Source: Lytechinus pictus (taxonomy: Eukaryota). Taken from it: a stretch of DNA of 64,000 nt. Location: positions 21,578,001 through 21,642,000 of the forward strand of contig NC_087245.1 in the NCBI RefSeq assembly GCF_037042905.1. Reading direction: 5' to 3'. Every line of letters begins with the position of its first letter. The first letter of the stretch is position 1. The position numbers were made by a program, and so were the translations under genes. The notes beneath the pieces were generated by a model. The model saw only the letters and a list, made by a program, of their open reading frames with translations. It was not told the DNA's origin and searched no databases. Shown in pieces: positions 38,901 to 51,700 of this stretch.

Positions 38901-39079
38901 TTCAGACCGAAAACGGCACATTATAAAGCAATTTTTTTTTATAGTCATTCAAATTTACATATATTATTCAGATTGATTAAAAAATAATTATTTTCATATT
39001 TTTTTACTAGCTTGTATTTGATGTGGTAAAGAACGGCTGCCGAGATCAGAAAGGGGCATCATGCCCCCACCTCAGTCCT

Positions 39080-41202
39080 CAATGTGACGATATAAGTAAC
39101 ATTCTCCTGAAAAGAAATCTGATACACATTATTAAACCTTTGACTTATATCTTTAATTTGTCTCTTTCTACAGGAGTTGTACATTCATCATTAAAGCAAG
39201 CCCGAGTAATCCCTGTTTTTAAAAAAGGCGACAACACCGTGTTGGGAAATTATCGCCCCATATCATTATTGACATGCCTTTCGAAGGTTATGGAAAAAGT
39301 AATTTTTGTACGCACGAAAAAGTTTCTTAATATGCATAAATTGATTTATCCCCTGCAGTTTGGTTTTCGCGAAAAACACAGTACTACGCATGCCCTGTTG
39401 GCAATGATCAATAAGATTGCCAATGGAATTGACAAGTATGAGCATACTGTTGGGGTGTTCCTGGACTTCTCCAAGGCTTTCGACACAATCAATCATGATA
39501 TCCTTTTATACAAGCTTAATTATTATGGAATCAGAGGGATAGCCTTGGAGTGGTTCAGGAACTACCTCAGCAGTAGTCAGCAATATGTTTCCATAGCAAA
39601 TATAAATTCCCCTACCAAATCTATCTCATGTGGTCTTTTTTTGGTCTACATTAATGCTTTTTATAAATCTTCAAGTACTTTATCATTCATTCTTCTTGCC
39701 GACGACTCGAATATATTTTTTTCCCATAAGGACCCCAAACATTTACTTGACACATTCAATAAAGAATTAAAACTAGTCTCGGAGTGGATCAAAGCCAACA
39801 AATTATCGCTTAATCTCAATAAAACAAATTACATGCTCTGCAGCAATATCATTGATGAACTCCCCGGTTACATTACTTTTGATGATATTAATATTCAAAG
39901 AGTATTAAATACGAAATTTCTAGGAGTAACTATCGACGACAGACTGTCATGGAAAGAACATATAGATAACACATGTAAAATAATTTTACGGAATATTGGA
40001 ATTATAAATAAAGTTAAATTCTACTTTCCGACTCGTATATCATTAAACTTATACTCTACGCTGATACTCCCGCATTTGAACTTTTGTATTATTGCATGGG
40101 GGTTGTGCTGATTTTCATTTGAATAGACTTTTATTACTCCAGAAAAAAGCTTTGCGCGTTATTTGCCATTCTTATTATCGGGCACATACGAATGTTCTTT
40201 TTAAAACTCATGGTATTCTTAAGATACATGATCTTTACCATTATAATCTTGGATCTTTTATGTACAACCTTAGTAGAGATGAACTACCAGACGTATTTTA
40301 TTCTATGTTTACAAGAAATATCAATGTTCATCACTACCCTACAAGATCTGCTGGACTGTTCCATTTACCTCGAACGAGGACATTATTAACAAACAAACTG
40401 TTCATATCTTCTGGCATCAAACTTTGGAATTCACTTTCGCAAACTTTACGAAATAAGCCAACTATTCATAGCTTCAATAGAGCACTTAAAAAAATCTAAC
40501 TAATAACTATAACACTCAAATTATTCATCCTACTTAGGATATCTTGTGGATCTTCTGTTCTTCCGGATTCCCCCCCCCCGCCTTTATTTCGCTTCTATTC
40601 TCGTCTCTGTCTCTTTTTATTCGATCTACATGTGCAGATTTGTTTTTTTGTTTGTTCTTTTGTTTGCTTTCTTTTACTCGTTTTTTGTCCTTTGTTTTGT
40701 TGTTTTTTATTTCAATTTGTCTGTTCTTATACTATTTCGTATGTCTTGTTTTTGTATAACTTTTTGTCATGCCTTGTTCTTGTACCGTTCTGTCACGTCC
40801 TGTTTTTGTAACGTTTTGTTTTGTGTGTCCTTTTCACTTTTTCTTCATATCTTGTAATATAATCCAGCCTTGTTTATCTTTTACTTGGGAGAATATGTAA
40901 AAAAAAATATTTAACAAGGATTTACATTTAATTTCTACAAGAAAGATATGACGACTTGTGTATTATACATATTTTGAACTTTTACAAGAAAGATATGATT
41001 TGTATATTTTATATATATATTGAACTTTGTATTTTTGCATTAATTTGTCTTATTTATTGAAGGAAACCTTCAATAACAAGCTTTGCTTTTCAGAAGGTTT
41101 CTATTTCATTTCATAATGTTATATTATATTTTGCTTTACTTTGTAACCTTGTTGAAATTTTGGAATGAAATAAATTCGTTATCAATCAATCAATCAATCA
41201 AT
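39080..41202 (+). mobile_element. 5'-truncated, degenerate CR1/L2-group LINE (Crack/Daphne-like)
   Basis: NYRPISLL, QFGFREKHST, FLDFSKAFDTI, LADD, KFLGVTID. Frameshift near 40100, then LQKKALRVI...KLWNSL. Long T-rich 3' UTR, AATAAA and a (TCAA)n tail to 41202. Confidence 0.9.
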
Positions 41203-41259
41203 ATATCTCATGTAGCCCAGTCCTTACAGGGTTTTCAACACGCCTGTAGCCTGTAGGAA

Positions 41260-41992
41260 CGATCATGATAAGAAGGTAATAACGCCCTTCGCAAAAACAG
41301 ATGATCAGAACTCTTTTTATGTAAGAACTACCAAAGATTGGAACATGCTTTCTCGTAATGTAATAAATAGCCAATCTAACTCTACTTTCAAAGACTTACT
41401 CAAGGCCCACCTTCTCTCATAATTTATATCATAAAAATAAATGATTTGACAACCTTTCATATCCCCAATAATGCCTCACAATTAATTGATAAGAATTTGG
41501 TCATATTATGTACAATTTTGTCTCATACCATACTCTGAAAGATTTATCATTAATTCATTTTTTGGTCACCATTATCTTATGTCTGTTCTATCATTTTGTT
41601 CTCATATCACTTTTTCACTATTTTTAGTTGTTACATACATCTATAAATCTAGTCTATGTTCTTTCTATGGTAATTCACATTGTTTTATTTTTCGATTGTT
41701 AAACTCGTGTTTTTATCTTGATGCTACTTCATTATAATTATATTTTGGGGATTCAAACCTGTACATGTTTTAAACATTTTTTAAATCCCTTGGCATGTTT
41801 TACTTTGCTTGTTTTACTTGTCTAGATAAATACATATTTATCTCCCTTTCCTCCCTTTTTGCATTTGTTTTTGTTTGCCAGCCGATGGGGTGGGGGCACG
41901 TTCCCCGCCCCCCCCCCCCCGTAGTTACGCCAATTCTAGCAATCATTAATGTATTTATGTTGTGTTTGTCATTCCAATAAACACTTTCAATA
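41260..41992 (+). mobile_element. 3' fragment of another LINE
   Basis: HDKKVITPFAKTDDQNSFYVRTTKDWNMLS..TFKDLLKAHLLS-stop (ORF2 C-terminal pattern), then a T-rich UTR ending AATAAACACTTTCAA. Confidence 0.6.
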
Positions 41993-43347
41993 CAAAAAAA
42001 GTTGACCAACAAGATCATTTTTCTTCCAGTTGTTAAGGTCAACAACTGAAAAGTGAACTCACCATTGAGTGTTATTCCCCAGTCATACCAATGAAACCGA
42101 CTTCAGATCGATCAAATCTATTATGTTATTTCCAATGACATAACATCGGTCGGTCTTGAGTTGATTTTATCACTATGACTGTGGCATTACAACTCTATTT
42201 TAAAACAATAATACGTACGTGTATGTAGATTGAATCAATAAATTTTGAAACATGAATACCGGATTCTAAACTTGGCCCAATTTCGGGTTGATTCGCCCGC
42301 GAGAATTAATGATATTTTTGCAGGTATTTAACAAGTGATCAGTTCGTTCGATTGCATAGAATGATGAACGATAGATGAACGAAAACTCTAACAGTGCAAG
42401 AGTAGAGTTTTCGTAACCTGTTGAATCCTGAATGCTTTAATTCCCATTGGATTTGTAAATTTATCACCTGCCTGGTTCCTGTTGCCAATGGGTTGAAATT
42501 GTTGAAAATTATTTGAAAATATAGTTGCGTTTAGTGACACTGAGTTGCCGTATTTTCAAGTTATAATTTTCAAGGAGTTATTGAAAAGGTATCACAATAA
42601 AGGATGTGGAGATAACGTTTAAAGCACTTAAACACGAGTAAAATCAGGGTTGAGTCCTATATGTGCATTACATGCGTATAACAAGATAACATGATTAATG
42701 GAAAAATATAACCTGTGGGCTTTTGTTCCCCATAATTTTGTTTTGTTAATAGTATCTTCATTGTATAAAAGAAACACACCCTCGCTTGAGTGCAGTAGTA
42801 TACGTGGTTGAAAGTAGGAGGTACGGTTTTTAGGACATTATCGTGATAAAGGAAAGGAATATGCGGGTAGGTACTGTTTTTTTTCCATCGACTGATTTGA
42901 CATCATTATTTTGTTAACAGTCAACTACTCCACCGGCTGCTTTATGAGCTCTATCCTAGTAATCTAACTTCACCATTAGAGTTTTTAACAAATGAGATCT
43001 CTTTCCATATATCTGGCTTTTATCTGCAATAAAACGTGACTCTCTGAGGACACATACTGCTTCCGTCGCTCACGAGATGGACGAATTTACGTGATAATGA
43101 TGGTGGATTCGCTAATTATTGAAGTTATTAACGTGAATCTCGCTCATGTCTAAATTTCCTTATCAGTGCCAACCCCGCATCATCATCGATTGCATACAAA
43201 GAGCTCAATTAACACGAGGCGTGATTGTATACACGTAGGCGTAAGCCCGATTCCACAGAGGTCTCGATAACAGTTCTAGCGGCTCAAAAGACCAGGGAAA
43301 CGGTAATAACCTGATGAATCGTCACAATCTTGATTTTTCTCGCAATA

Positions 43348-44739
43348 ATGACATCCACCTTTCGATTTTGCACCATGTGTGGAGACGACGACGACGTCGG
43401 AGGAATTCCAACGTTTGGTAGTAAAGGTGAAACGGAAGATGACCCAATGAACCCCTTAGTCGTGTCCATCATCGAAGCACTCTTCGTACTCTTGATCGCT
43501 GTACTTGCAGTCTTCGGTAATGTAATGAACATCGTGGTAATCGGTGGATCAAAATCACTCAAGAACTGTCAGGGATATTTTCTTTTGTCACTCGCCATTG
43601 CCGATTTGGGGATGGGAATCGTTGCTACGATAGGCATAGCTCCAGCCACCATGCATCGATGGCCCTATGGTGACTTCATGTGTCAATTTTCTTCCTATGT
43701 AACAGAGGTGTGTACCAGGGTATCGCTCATAATGATTATTGGCCTTAGTATTGAACGGTACATTGCTGTGATCCATCCTTTTCAGTACAACCGCATCGTC
43801 ACCAAAAACCGAGTTCTCTTTACTATCATAATTACCTGGCTCTTATGCTTGGCATTTTTTCTTGTCCTCTTTACGGAGGTTGGACTGGGATACGAATTCG
43901 ATCTGGACAAACTTGCCTGTTCCGCAGCATATGAAGACACAATGGAATACTACATCGCCGCTTTGGCGATTCTCCTAGTACCAAGTTTCGCGGTGATTAC
44001 TTTCACTTCGATAAGTGTCCATGTACGAGTTCTTCAAAGTTCCAAAAGGCGCCAAATACTCTTCGGAAGGTCGACTTCTGCAAGCCCGGGGAATGGTGAA
44101 CGATTCCCCATGCATTTCCGAAGGAACATGAAAGCTTTTAAAATGCTTGTGATAATAGCAGGAGTATATTATATCACATGGTTACCCTACACAATCATAG
44201 CAAGTCTCGTCCTTGCCACAGTATGCCACAAAACTCTACCAAGCCTGGTTGAATTCCTCGCCTTTTGGCTCACAGTTTCAAATAGCGGTTTTAATGTATT
44301 TGTGTACTTTGCCATGAACAGAAAGTTCCGCAACAAGGCCAAAGATATCTTTCAAAGGCTACGAGCTACATTCCTTTTCTGTTGCTGCAGACACTTCTAC
44401 GAAGTTTTCGAGGTGATTCGGAGGAATAGGGAGTATCCAAACTCGTCTTTTCAAGGTTCAGTGGACCGTAGGTTTTACTTAGGTATTAGGAACTCCAAAG
44501 GCGAAGTAGTGCCAACCACTCTTCGCATCAAGTCGGGTAGCTTCAGTGATGCCACAATGAACGCTATAGGTGTGATCCCGACAGATCAGCACATCTTCAG
44601 TTTAAGATCACTGAAGAAGATGAGAAGTGAACCGATGAGGAAAAAGTCAGTCGCCATGCCGACAATGTCCCTGAAAATGGAAATGAGGAGAGAAGGAGGT
44701 CAACCGAAATTCTTCGCTACCGAAGTAGAAGAGACTTAA
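43348..44739 (+). CDS. Intronless class A (rhodopsin-like) orphan GPCR, GPR21/GPR52-like
   Basis: Single ORF with 7 hydrophobic segments and motifs GN (TM1), SLAIADL (TM2), WPYG..C3.25, ERY (TM3), W4.50, TWLPY (TM6), SNSGFNVFVY (TM7), plus a Cys cluster after helix 8. In-frame ATGs at 43348 and 43375 (ACCATG context). The ORF track starts at an upstream TTG (43330). Confidence 0.9.
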   Translation: MTSTFRFCTMCGDDDDVGGIPTFGSKGETEDDPMNPLVVSIIEALFVLLIAVLAVFGNVMNIVVIGGSKSLKNCQGYFLLSLAIADLGMGIVATIGIAPATMHRWPYGDFMCQFSSYVTEVCTRVSLIMIIGLSIERYIAVIHPFQYNRIVTKNRVLFTIIITWLLCLAFFLVLFTEVGLGYEFDLDKLACSAAYEDTMEYYIAALAILLVPSFAVITFTSISVHVRVLQSSKRRQILFGRSTSASPGNGERFPMHFRRNMKAFKMLVIIAGVYYITWLPYTIIASLVLATVCHKTLPSLVEFLAFWLTVSNSGFNVFVYFAMNRKFRNKAKDIFQRLRATFLFCCCRHFYEVFEVIRRNREYPNSSFQGSVDRRFYLGIRNSKGEVVPTTLRIKSGSFSDATMNAIGVIPTDQHIFSLRSLKKMRSEPMRKKSVAMPTMSLKMEMRREGGQPKFFATEVEET

Positions 44740-47700
44740 CAAGAAATTTGACATTATCTTTTAAATGCAACAGCATGGTCGATTATTAAACTTTTGTCTG
44801 TGTTCTTTACACCTAATAGACAAAAGTTAGAGATATTTTTCTGTAACAATTAAGTCTCGGCAAGTGAATTTTCGTGAATCTAATTAAGCAACGTAAATGT
44901 TTTAATATATGTATAAAATATAAAGCCGTGGTCTTCAATAGTGAGTAAAAAATTAACCCTCATAAACCTGAAAAACAAACGATATGCATAATGATGCATA
45001 CACGCTAAGGAATAGCTTTTACAATATTACCGCTATACGTATAATGGGCTCACATAATGAACCAATAAGTTTATTGATAAGTGATAACCAACTTTAATTA
45101 AAAATTAGATATAAGAATCGCTATTACATGCTGGATCATGTGTTCTTTCAAATATAATATTGTAGAAAATAGTTATTAAAGCGACATTAGAAAAAGGTCT
45201 GAAGGTATCTAAAAACACTTGTGTGTTTAAATTATATCGTTAACTGTTCCACAAGGCAATGAATTAGAGATTCCTATATCAATTTGTCGATTGTGTGATT
45301 GCTTTATATTGTTACATTTCGAAACATTCACCATTCATTTTGTTTCAAATTATTTTGTTTTACCATGTAAATTCAGACCTTTCTCTTCATTGATTATCCC
45401 TGGTCTAAAAAACTGTTGGTATACTTTAATCGTTTCTTTATCATGAATATTTAACTCTTACACTGATTTTCGAAAAAAGGGTGGTTTTGAAAGACTGGTC
45501 AATGGTCAATCGCGGGCTCAAACGTATTTAGGGTATGTTTTTTCAAAAGCTTTTTTTTTAAGACTAGCCAATTGTGTTTAGGGTATGTTTTTCCCCGGGG
45601 CTTTTTAAATTATTACCTGATGAATTTTGGATGACAATTATAGTTATTTGCAATGTTAACATTGGTACTTTAACCCTAAATGCATGCAATACCCATCAAT
45701 ATAGTTTTGTCTATTCAAGCTTATTGTTAGCAATTAGACAAAACTTGTTTAGGGGTCATATTCTGGCGACAACTTGTTTAGGGGCCAAAATGTGCAAGCC
45801 CGCGAAAAACTTGTTTAAGGGGTTATTTTGCACACACAAAAAAACTCGTGTATAGGGGGTGTTTGGAAATGAATTGGTCACGCATTTGTACAGCAATACA
45901 TTTGACTGCCCGCGGGCTATTTTTTTAATGTAAGTCTATTATACTATTACCTCAAACTTACCAATTTGAATACGACGAGAAAAATTACAAGAATCACTTT
46001 AATCAAATAATTTAGATCAAATGAGTTTTTTTTTCTAATAATATATGTGTCTTCTTAATATCGTAAGAGCTTTTGGAGCCAGTTCTCAAAAATTCTTAAC
46101 CTTGATAATGGGATTGCAATGATTCTTATATGATTCATTATCCTAACAAAAAATTGGGAGTGTTTTAAAATATTATTCTAGAATGTTCATTTTGGGGGGT
46201 CGCTTTTATTCCATTTTGATATGCAGACGGTATTGTGTCACAAACATAGCGACGGGGGCGGTAGCAACGGCGCCAGGATAAGTTGATGGGGGAGGGAGGG
46301 GGGGGGGGGGGGCTAGACGACTTAAAGACCTGTTATGTCAACAACAAAAAATACTGGGTGTACGGTCTAAAATTCTCTTGATGATGCTCTTCTTTCTTCA
46401 GGTTTCTTCCTCTTATTATTATTCTCTGTTTTTTCGCTCGGAAAAAGACGGGGGAGGTCGAACCCTGTCACCCCATGGCTCCTCCATTAAATAATTATCT
46501 AAATTGAATACATGCTATATACAGCTACAATCGATTTTTTTTCCTGCGAGTATTGTAACATAATCACAGAATATGAAAGTGAAAGATTATATGGCTCAGT
46601 GAGTCATAAATGAAAAAGAAATTGTTTCGTAAAATGAGCTTTTTGTCCAGCAAAATTTATCGACATTTCGCACCTAGACAATGTATTTTGTAGTTTGAAC
46701 ATTGATCATTTTTTATTTCATCCGGGAAAGAGAGCGGAACATTTTTTCAGAAAGACAGGGAGAAACAGAGAAAGAGGGAGAGAGAGAGGGGGGGGGGGGG
46801 CGAGGGGAGGGAGGGAGAGGCAGGGGAGAAGGAGAGAGAGAGAGACAGAGAGGGGGGGTGGAGGGGAGGAGATTAAAAGGAAACTAAGGTAGACATTCTG
46901 GAAATCCCAGAGAATGCAGATTATTATTATAAAATCTTGTCCAACAAATTGGGGTTTTTAAAGAGGAAGTTCACCCTAACGATAAATGGGCTTTCATAAA
47001 CGCACAAAAAAAAGAGAGAAATGTACTGGGGAAGGTTTGATAAAAAATAATAAAAGAATGATTTTTTTTAGATTTGTGAACCCACATGACAACAGCTTCC
47101 CCATATTTCATGTTATTCAAAACGGTTTTCGATGAATACAAATATTTGTCTTCTTGAAGGGGGTATGAAATGATGTATGTGATGATATATCCACCGTACA
47201 AATAAAATCGCATTTAAATCTGTGAAAAATGGCATTTGGGGGAATTTAAGGTATATTATACGACACATGGAGTGGAGGAGCTGCTTGTCCGAGCAGTGAG
47301 GGATGATATCAATACATTGAGCTGAAAATTCTTAATTTGGGGAACACCCCCACACCAAGGAGTATATTTATACGCGGGGGTACATGAACATATCCACTAT
47401 CAATAGAAGTGGTGATTGTGAAGGTCTACCAGGAATCAATTTTCGACGGCTGATTTAATGGTTTCAATTGTGACATAAACTAATGAAGAAGAGTTTGGTT
47501 GACCACAGATTATGTGAGTGAGCGAAGCAAGCGAGCAAATTTCCAGTTGTTGAAAGACCGAATGGTTTCCAACACCGTGTTTCTTTTTAAACCAAACGAG
47601 AAAATTAAGATTGAACAATAGAAATGTATTCAATGAAAACTCATTCATTCATTGGTTACAGGTGAGATGAGAATGGAAGAAGATGTCATCATAATTATCA

Positions 47701-48727
47701 GGAAAAAGTGTGCCTTAATATCAAAATTAATATGCGAGTAATAACCATATTTAAAAGTCGTTAGAATCATATAATTCATTATAACACTATGGCTCATATA
47801 ACCATACTCAACGTGATGTTACAGATAATAACTACGCAGTAGTTTAACCAATTTTAAGATTAAAAAGAAATATCGTTTTATCTTGAAAAAAAGTGTGTGT
47901 GGGTGTACGTGGGCGTGTGTGTACGGGGGGATGATTCTACATGCCATCCTCCTCTCCGAAAAGTGTGAGGGATAAATTTTTCGAATCCCCCAGGATTTAA
48001 GCCAGTTGCTGTAACGTTACAAATCAGAATTTCAAAAACTCCGTTATTCCTACATGGATTTTCATCGAACCTTCACCGATATTTTTCTGCTTTTATCAAA
48101 TTAAACTTAAGCGTACTCTCATGCGTGAGTGAGCCCAAATATGGAGATGCAGCTACACGAAAATTCATGCACAAACGGGATGAGAATAGCGATTTTGAAA
48201 CACGCACGAATACACAACAATAAGAACTAAATAGTAAATTTGGCAGCGCATAAAATTTGTTATCCGCGATATTTCTGCAGGTTTTTGAAATTGTATTGTG
48301 TATCGTATTGCACTTTTTATTATTGTGTGTATCACAGGGATGAACCTCAGCTCAGCTCGTGAACTTTAGGTTACGGGTTACACACAGAATATTGAAAATT
48401 GGGAAAACCCTCGTTCACGTGATTGGTATTTCCCTCATAATTCTCGCAAATATAAACTATTATATTAATTCAACGCTCTCGATGGTCCATTTTATTGCTC
48501 TCGATTGTCATGCTCAAATCCGATTTGAAAACGAAACCAATTTCTACATTTTTGTTGTTCATGTCAAAATTGTATGTACATGCAACGAATGAGGACGATC
48601 ATCTGAATTCATTTATCAGCTTACGGCGTTAATGTGTTAGCTTTATGTGTTTGGGTAAAGACAAGACGTAAAGTGTGGTCGTCGGTCGATCGAGGATTGC
48701 ACGAATCGTTAAGGGAAACAAGTCCGG

Positions 48728-51700
48728 ATGGAATCGTCTGGGGGATGTGTTCCGGATGCCTACCTTGAGAAGTTTGCAAGGGCAAAGAAAGAACAGCAAT
48801 TACTTTATGACGACACGGGTGACCTCATCAGCAGAATTCAAAGTGAGCTGCATGAAATGTCATCGGTTCAAGGTAAGAAACTTTGATATTAACTGTTGTT
48901 TTTTTAATGCCAAATGGTAACCAAATGTTAACCAGGGACGGGTATTTTGAGCCTTCAGCAACCCCTCTCACTGACGCTTACTTACTCATTATTTTAATTA
49001 TGTAATTGAAAATTAATGAATAATTTGATTTTAGGGGTCCACGATTTACAAGCACAGCTTCATAGTGGACCTTTCCATTTCCAGCATGTTATTTTTAGCT
49101 ACAAAATAATATTTAATGATCCATATTAAGTTTCAATTAATGTTTAATTAAGATGAAATATATATATATATATATATATATTGTCTACTGTTTTGTTAGA
49201 AATGAGAAAAAGATAAAACTGAAACTGACGGCAAAGGCCATAATTATTTGCGTCTTTAATTCAATTTTTGTTACCGTCCCCCAATCTCTCACCCCGCCCT
49301 TATTGATTAAAACTGTACTACTTTTCCAATATCACATTTCATTGAATTGCATTGAGTTTGTTTATTTTGTTTGCTTTCACCTGCGTATAAATCAAATTAA
49401 ATGAAATCACACCAGTTATTTTATCAATTTTGAATCACAGTCAAAATTATCGATGAAAGGGTGGAAATGGGGTCCGTGATCTTAATGATATAAAATATAA
49501 TTCAGGAAGTGTAATTACATATGGCTATAGCGAAAATATGAAGGGGAAGAGGGGGATACAGATATAATTAGTGGCAGAGACAGACATTTTCTCAGATTAG
49601 TTCCACTTGAAATTTCCACACCAGAAAATCCCCTCTCACAGTTCGGATAAAGGAGTTAGGGTGCAAGATCAGCCGCCAGGGACTAAGCAACAGTTAATTG
49701 CTCTCCTAGTGAAGTCTTCCAAACTCGTCAATAGTTTTGCTTATTTTCTATTTAGATGGGTACTTCGGGCTGAAAGTAATTATATCCCAATTCATGAGGA
49801 CATGCGTAGATCAGCTTCACCGAAATAATGCAAAACTTTGAAATGTCAGTATTTTGTCTAATTTTAGTTTATCTGTTCAACTCAATAATTTCCAGCCTGG
49901 AGTACTCCTTTAATGTCAGAAAATTGAGATCTTGCATATAACATCTCGTTACAGAAATGAAGATAATGTTTCAACTCGGAATGTTGCTGGGTCCATCATT
50001 CAGCCAGTCTCCAAGGCACGGGATCTAGGGTTAATTGTCTAGAATGAATTAGGAATGAAGTCCCATGTTTAATAAAATGTATTTTCTAAGTTATGACGGC
50101 ATTTCAAAAACTTAACCTTGGTTAAGATTTCGATATTGATTCCCCCAACGTGGTCTAAGTTCATTGACCCTAAATGACCTTTGACCTTAGTCATGTGACC
50201 TGAAGCTCAGGCAGAACGTTCAATAATACTTGATTATTTCTATGTCCAAGTTTCATGAACTGGACCCACATACTTTCTAAGTTATGATGACATTTCAAAA
50301 ACTTAACCTTGGTTAAGATTTCAATGCTGACGACGCCGCGGCGCGCCGCCGCCGCCGACGTCGGAAAAGAAGCTCCTATAGTCTCGCTCTGCTATGCAGG
50401 CGAGAATAAATAGCAACATAATAAATTGCACATAGAGAAAACAAGTATATTATATATGCGAAGGCCTTGAAGTATGCTTGATACATGTAGAAGCACCCAA
50501 AATATAAAATGAAAATCCATAACTTATTGTTCGAAATAGACATGAAATGAAATACTCCGAATATTTGCTTTGCCCAATTGATCGTGGGCCCGGTAGCCGC
50601 TGTGCAGCGCCAGATAGGGTGGAATACTGAAAAAAATAGAGAAGTGACTCTTGAATCTGAGAATTGAATTGATGTAAATGATAATGGTTTCATGTTTCTA
50701 AAGGGGTGTTTATTTTTTATGGTGTACGTTCTATCTACGTGTATAATTTACCATGATTGCAGGGCTGCAGCGATTGGGTTACACAAAATTGGAAAAATGA
50801 AAAAACATCTTGATAGGAAAGGAACAAAGAAGTTGGTACATGCTTATAATGATATTCTGCTGTTCGGAATACAGGAATCACTTCCTGGCAAATTACAACA
50901 TATCCACAATTCTGCTGCAAGACTTAAAACTCGAAAAGGAAAGTTTGAACACATCACCCCTACCTGACCTTCATTGGCTACCCATTCGATCAAGGATCAA
51001 ATATGAACCTCTCATATTAACCATGTTAACATTCAAATGTATACATGGTTTTGCCCCTGTTTTTTTTTTTGGGGGGGGGGGCCAAAAAGGGCACTTATAT
51101 GTCAAAATTGGCATTTTGTGCAAAAGGATATTTTAACCACCATGAGATTATCATCTGTGTGAAGAAGTTTTGTGTTTTGCAATAATTAAGTTAATTAAGA
51201 GCAAAGCTTTTTAAAGTAATTTCTGATTGATAAGATTTATATTTCAGTTTCATAATTTTGAAAAATTTTCAAATCTGAAGTTATAAAAATCGCTTTTTGA
51301 TCAATTATGGCGCGGATTACTGTTAAAATTGCATCCTTGTGATATGTTGCGAGCGCGAATTGCGAGCTAAAACTTCTGGACATTTCACGTATTAAGACAT
51401 GAGAAGTAAACATTCCGAGCAGTTTTTGTAATCATTAAAAAAATACATCTGTCTAAAGAATTAACGGGAGCGCGAAGCATGAGCTGAAATTGTTAATATA
51501 CTGACCAGAAAGGGAACCTGTAAAAGACTGTATTTATAGTGACTCAAGAATAGGAGAAATATCTCACCAATCGAATAATGCGAGTGAGAAGTGCGAGCTG
51601 AAAGTGTAATCTCCGTTCCGGTTCACAAAATATTCTCTCTGAAATTACTGCCAAAACCAAATCATGTGGGGATCGGGCTTTCCAGAAAGCTGCACCAGCA

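Noticed and set aside
40544..40857. Hydrophobic Phe-rich ORFs resembling membrane proteins
   Set aside because: Translations of the T-rich LINE 3' UTR.
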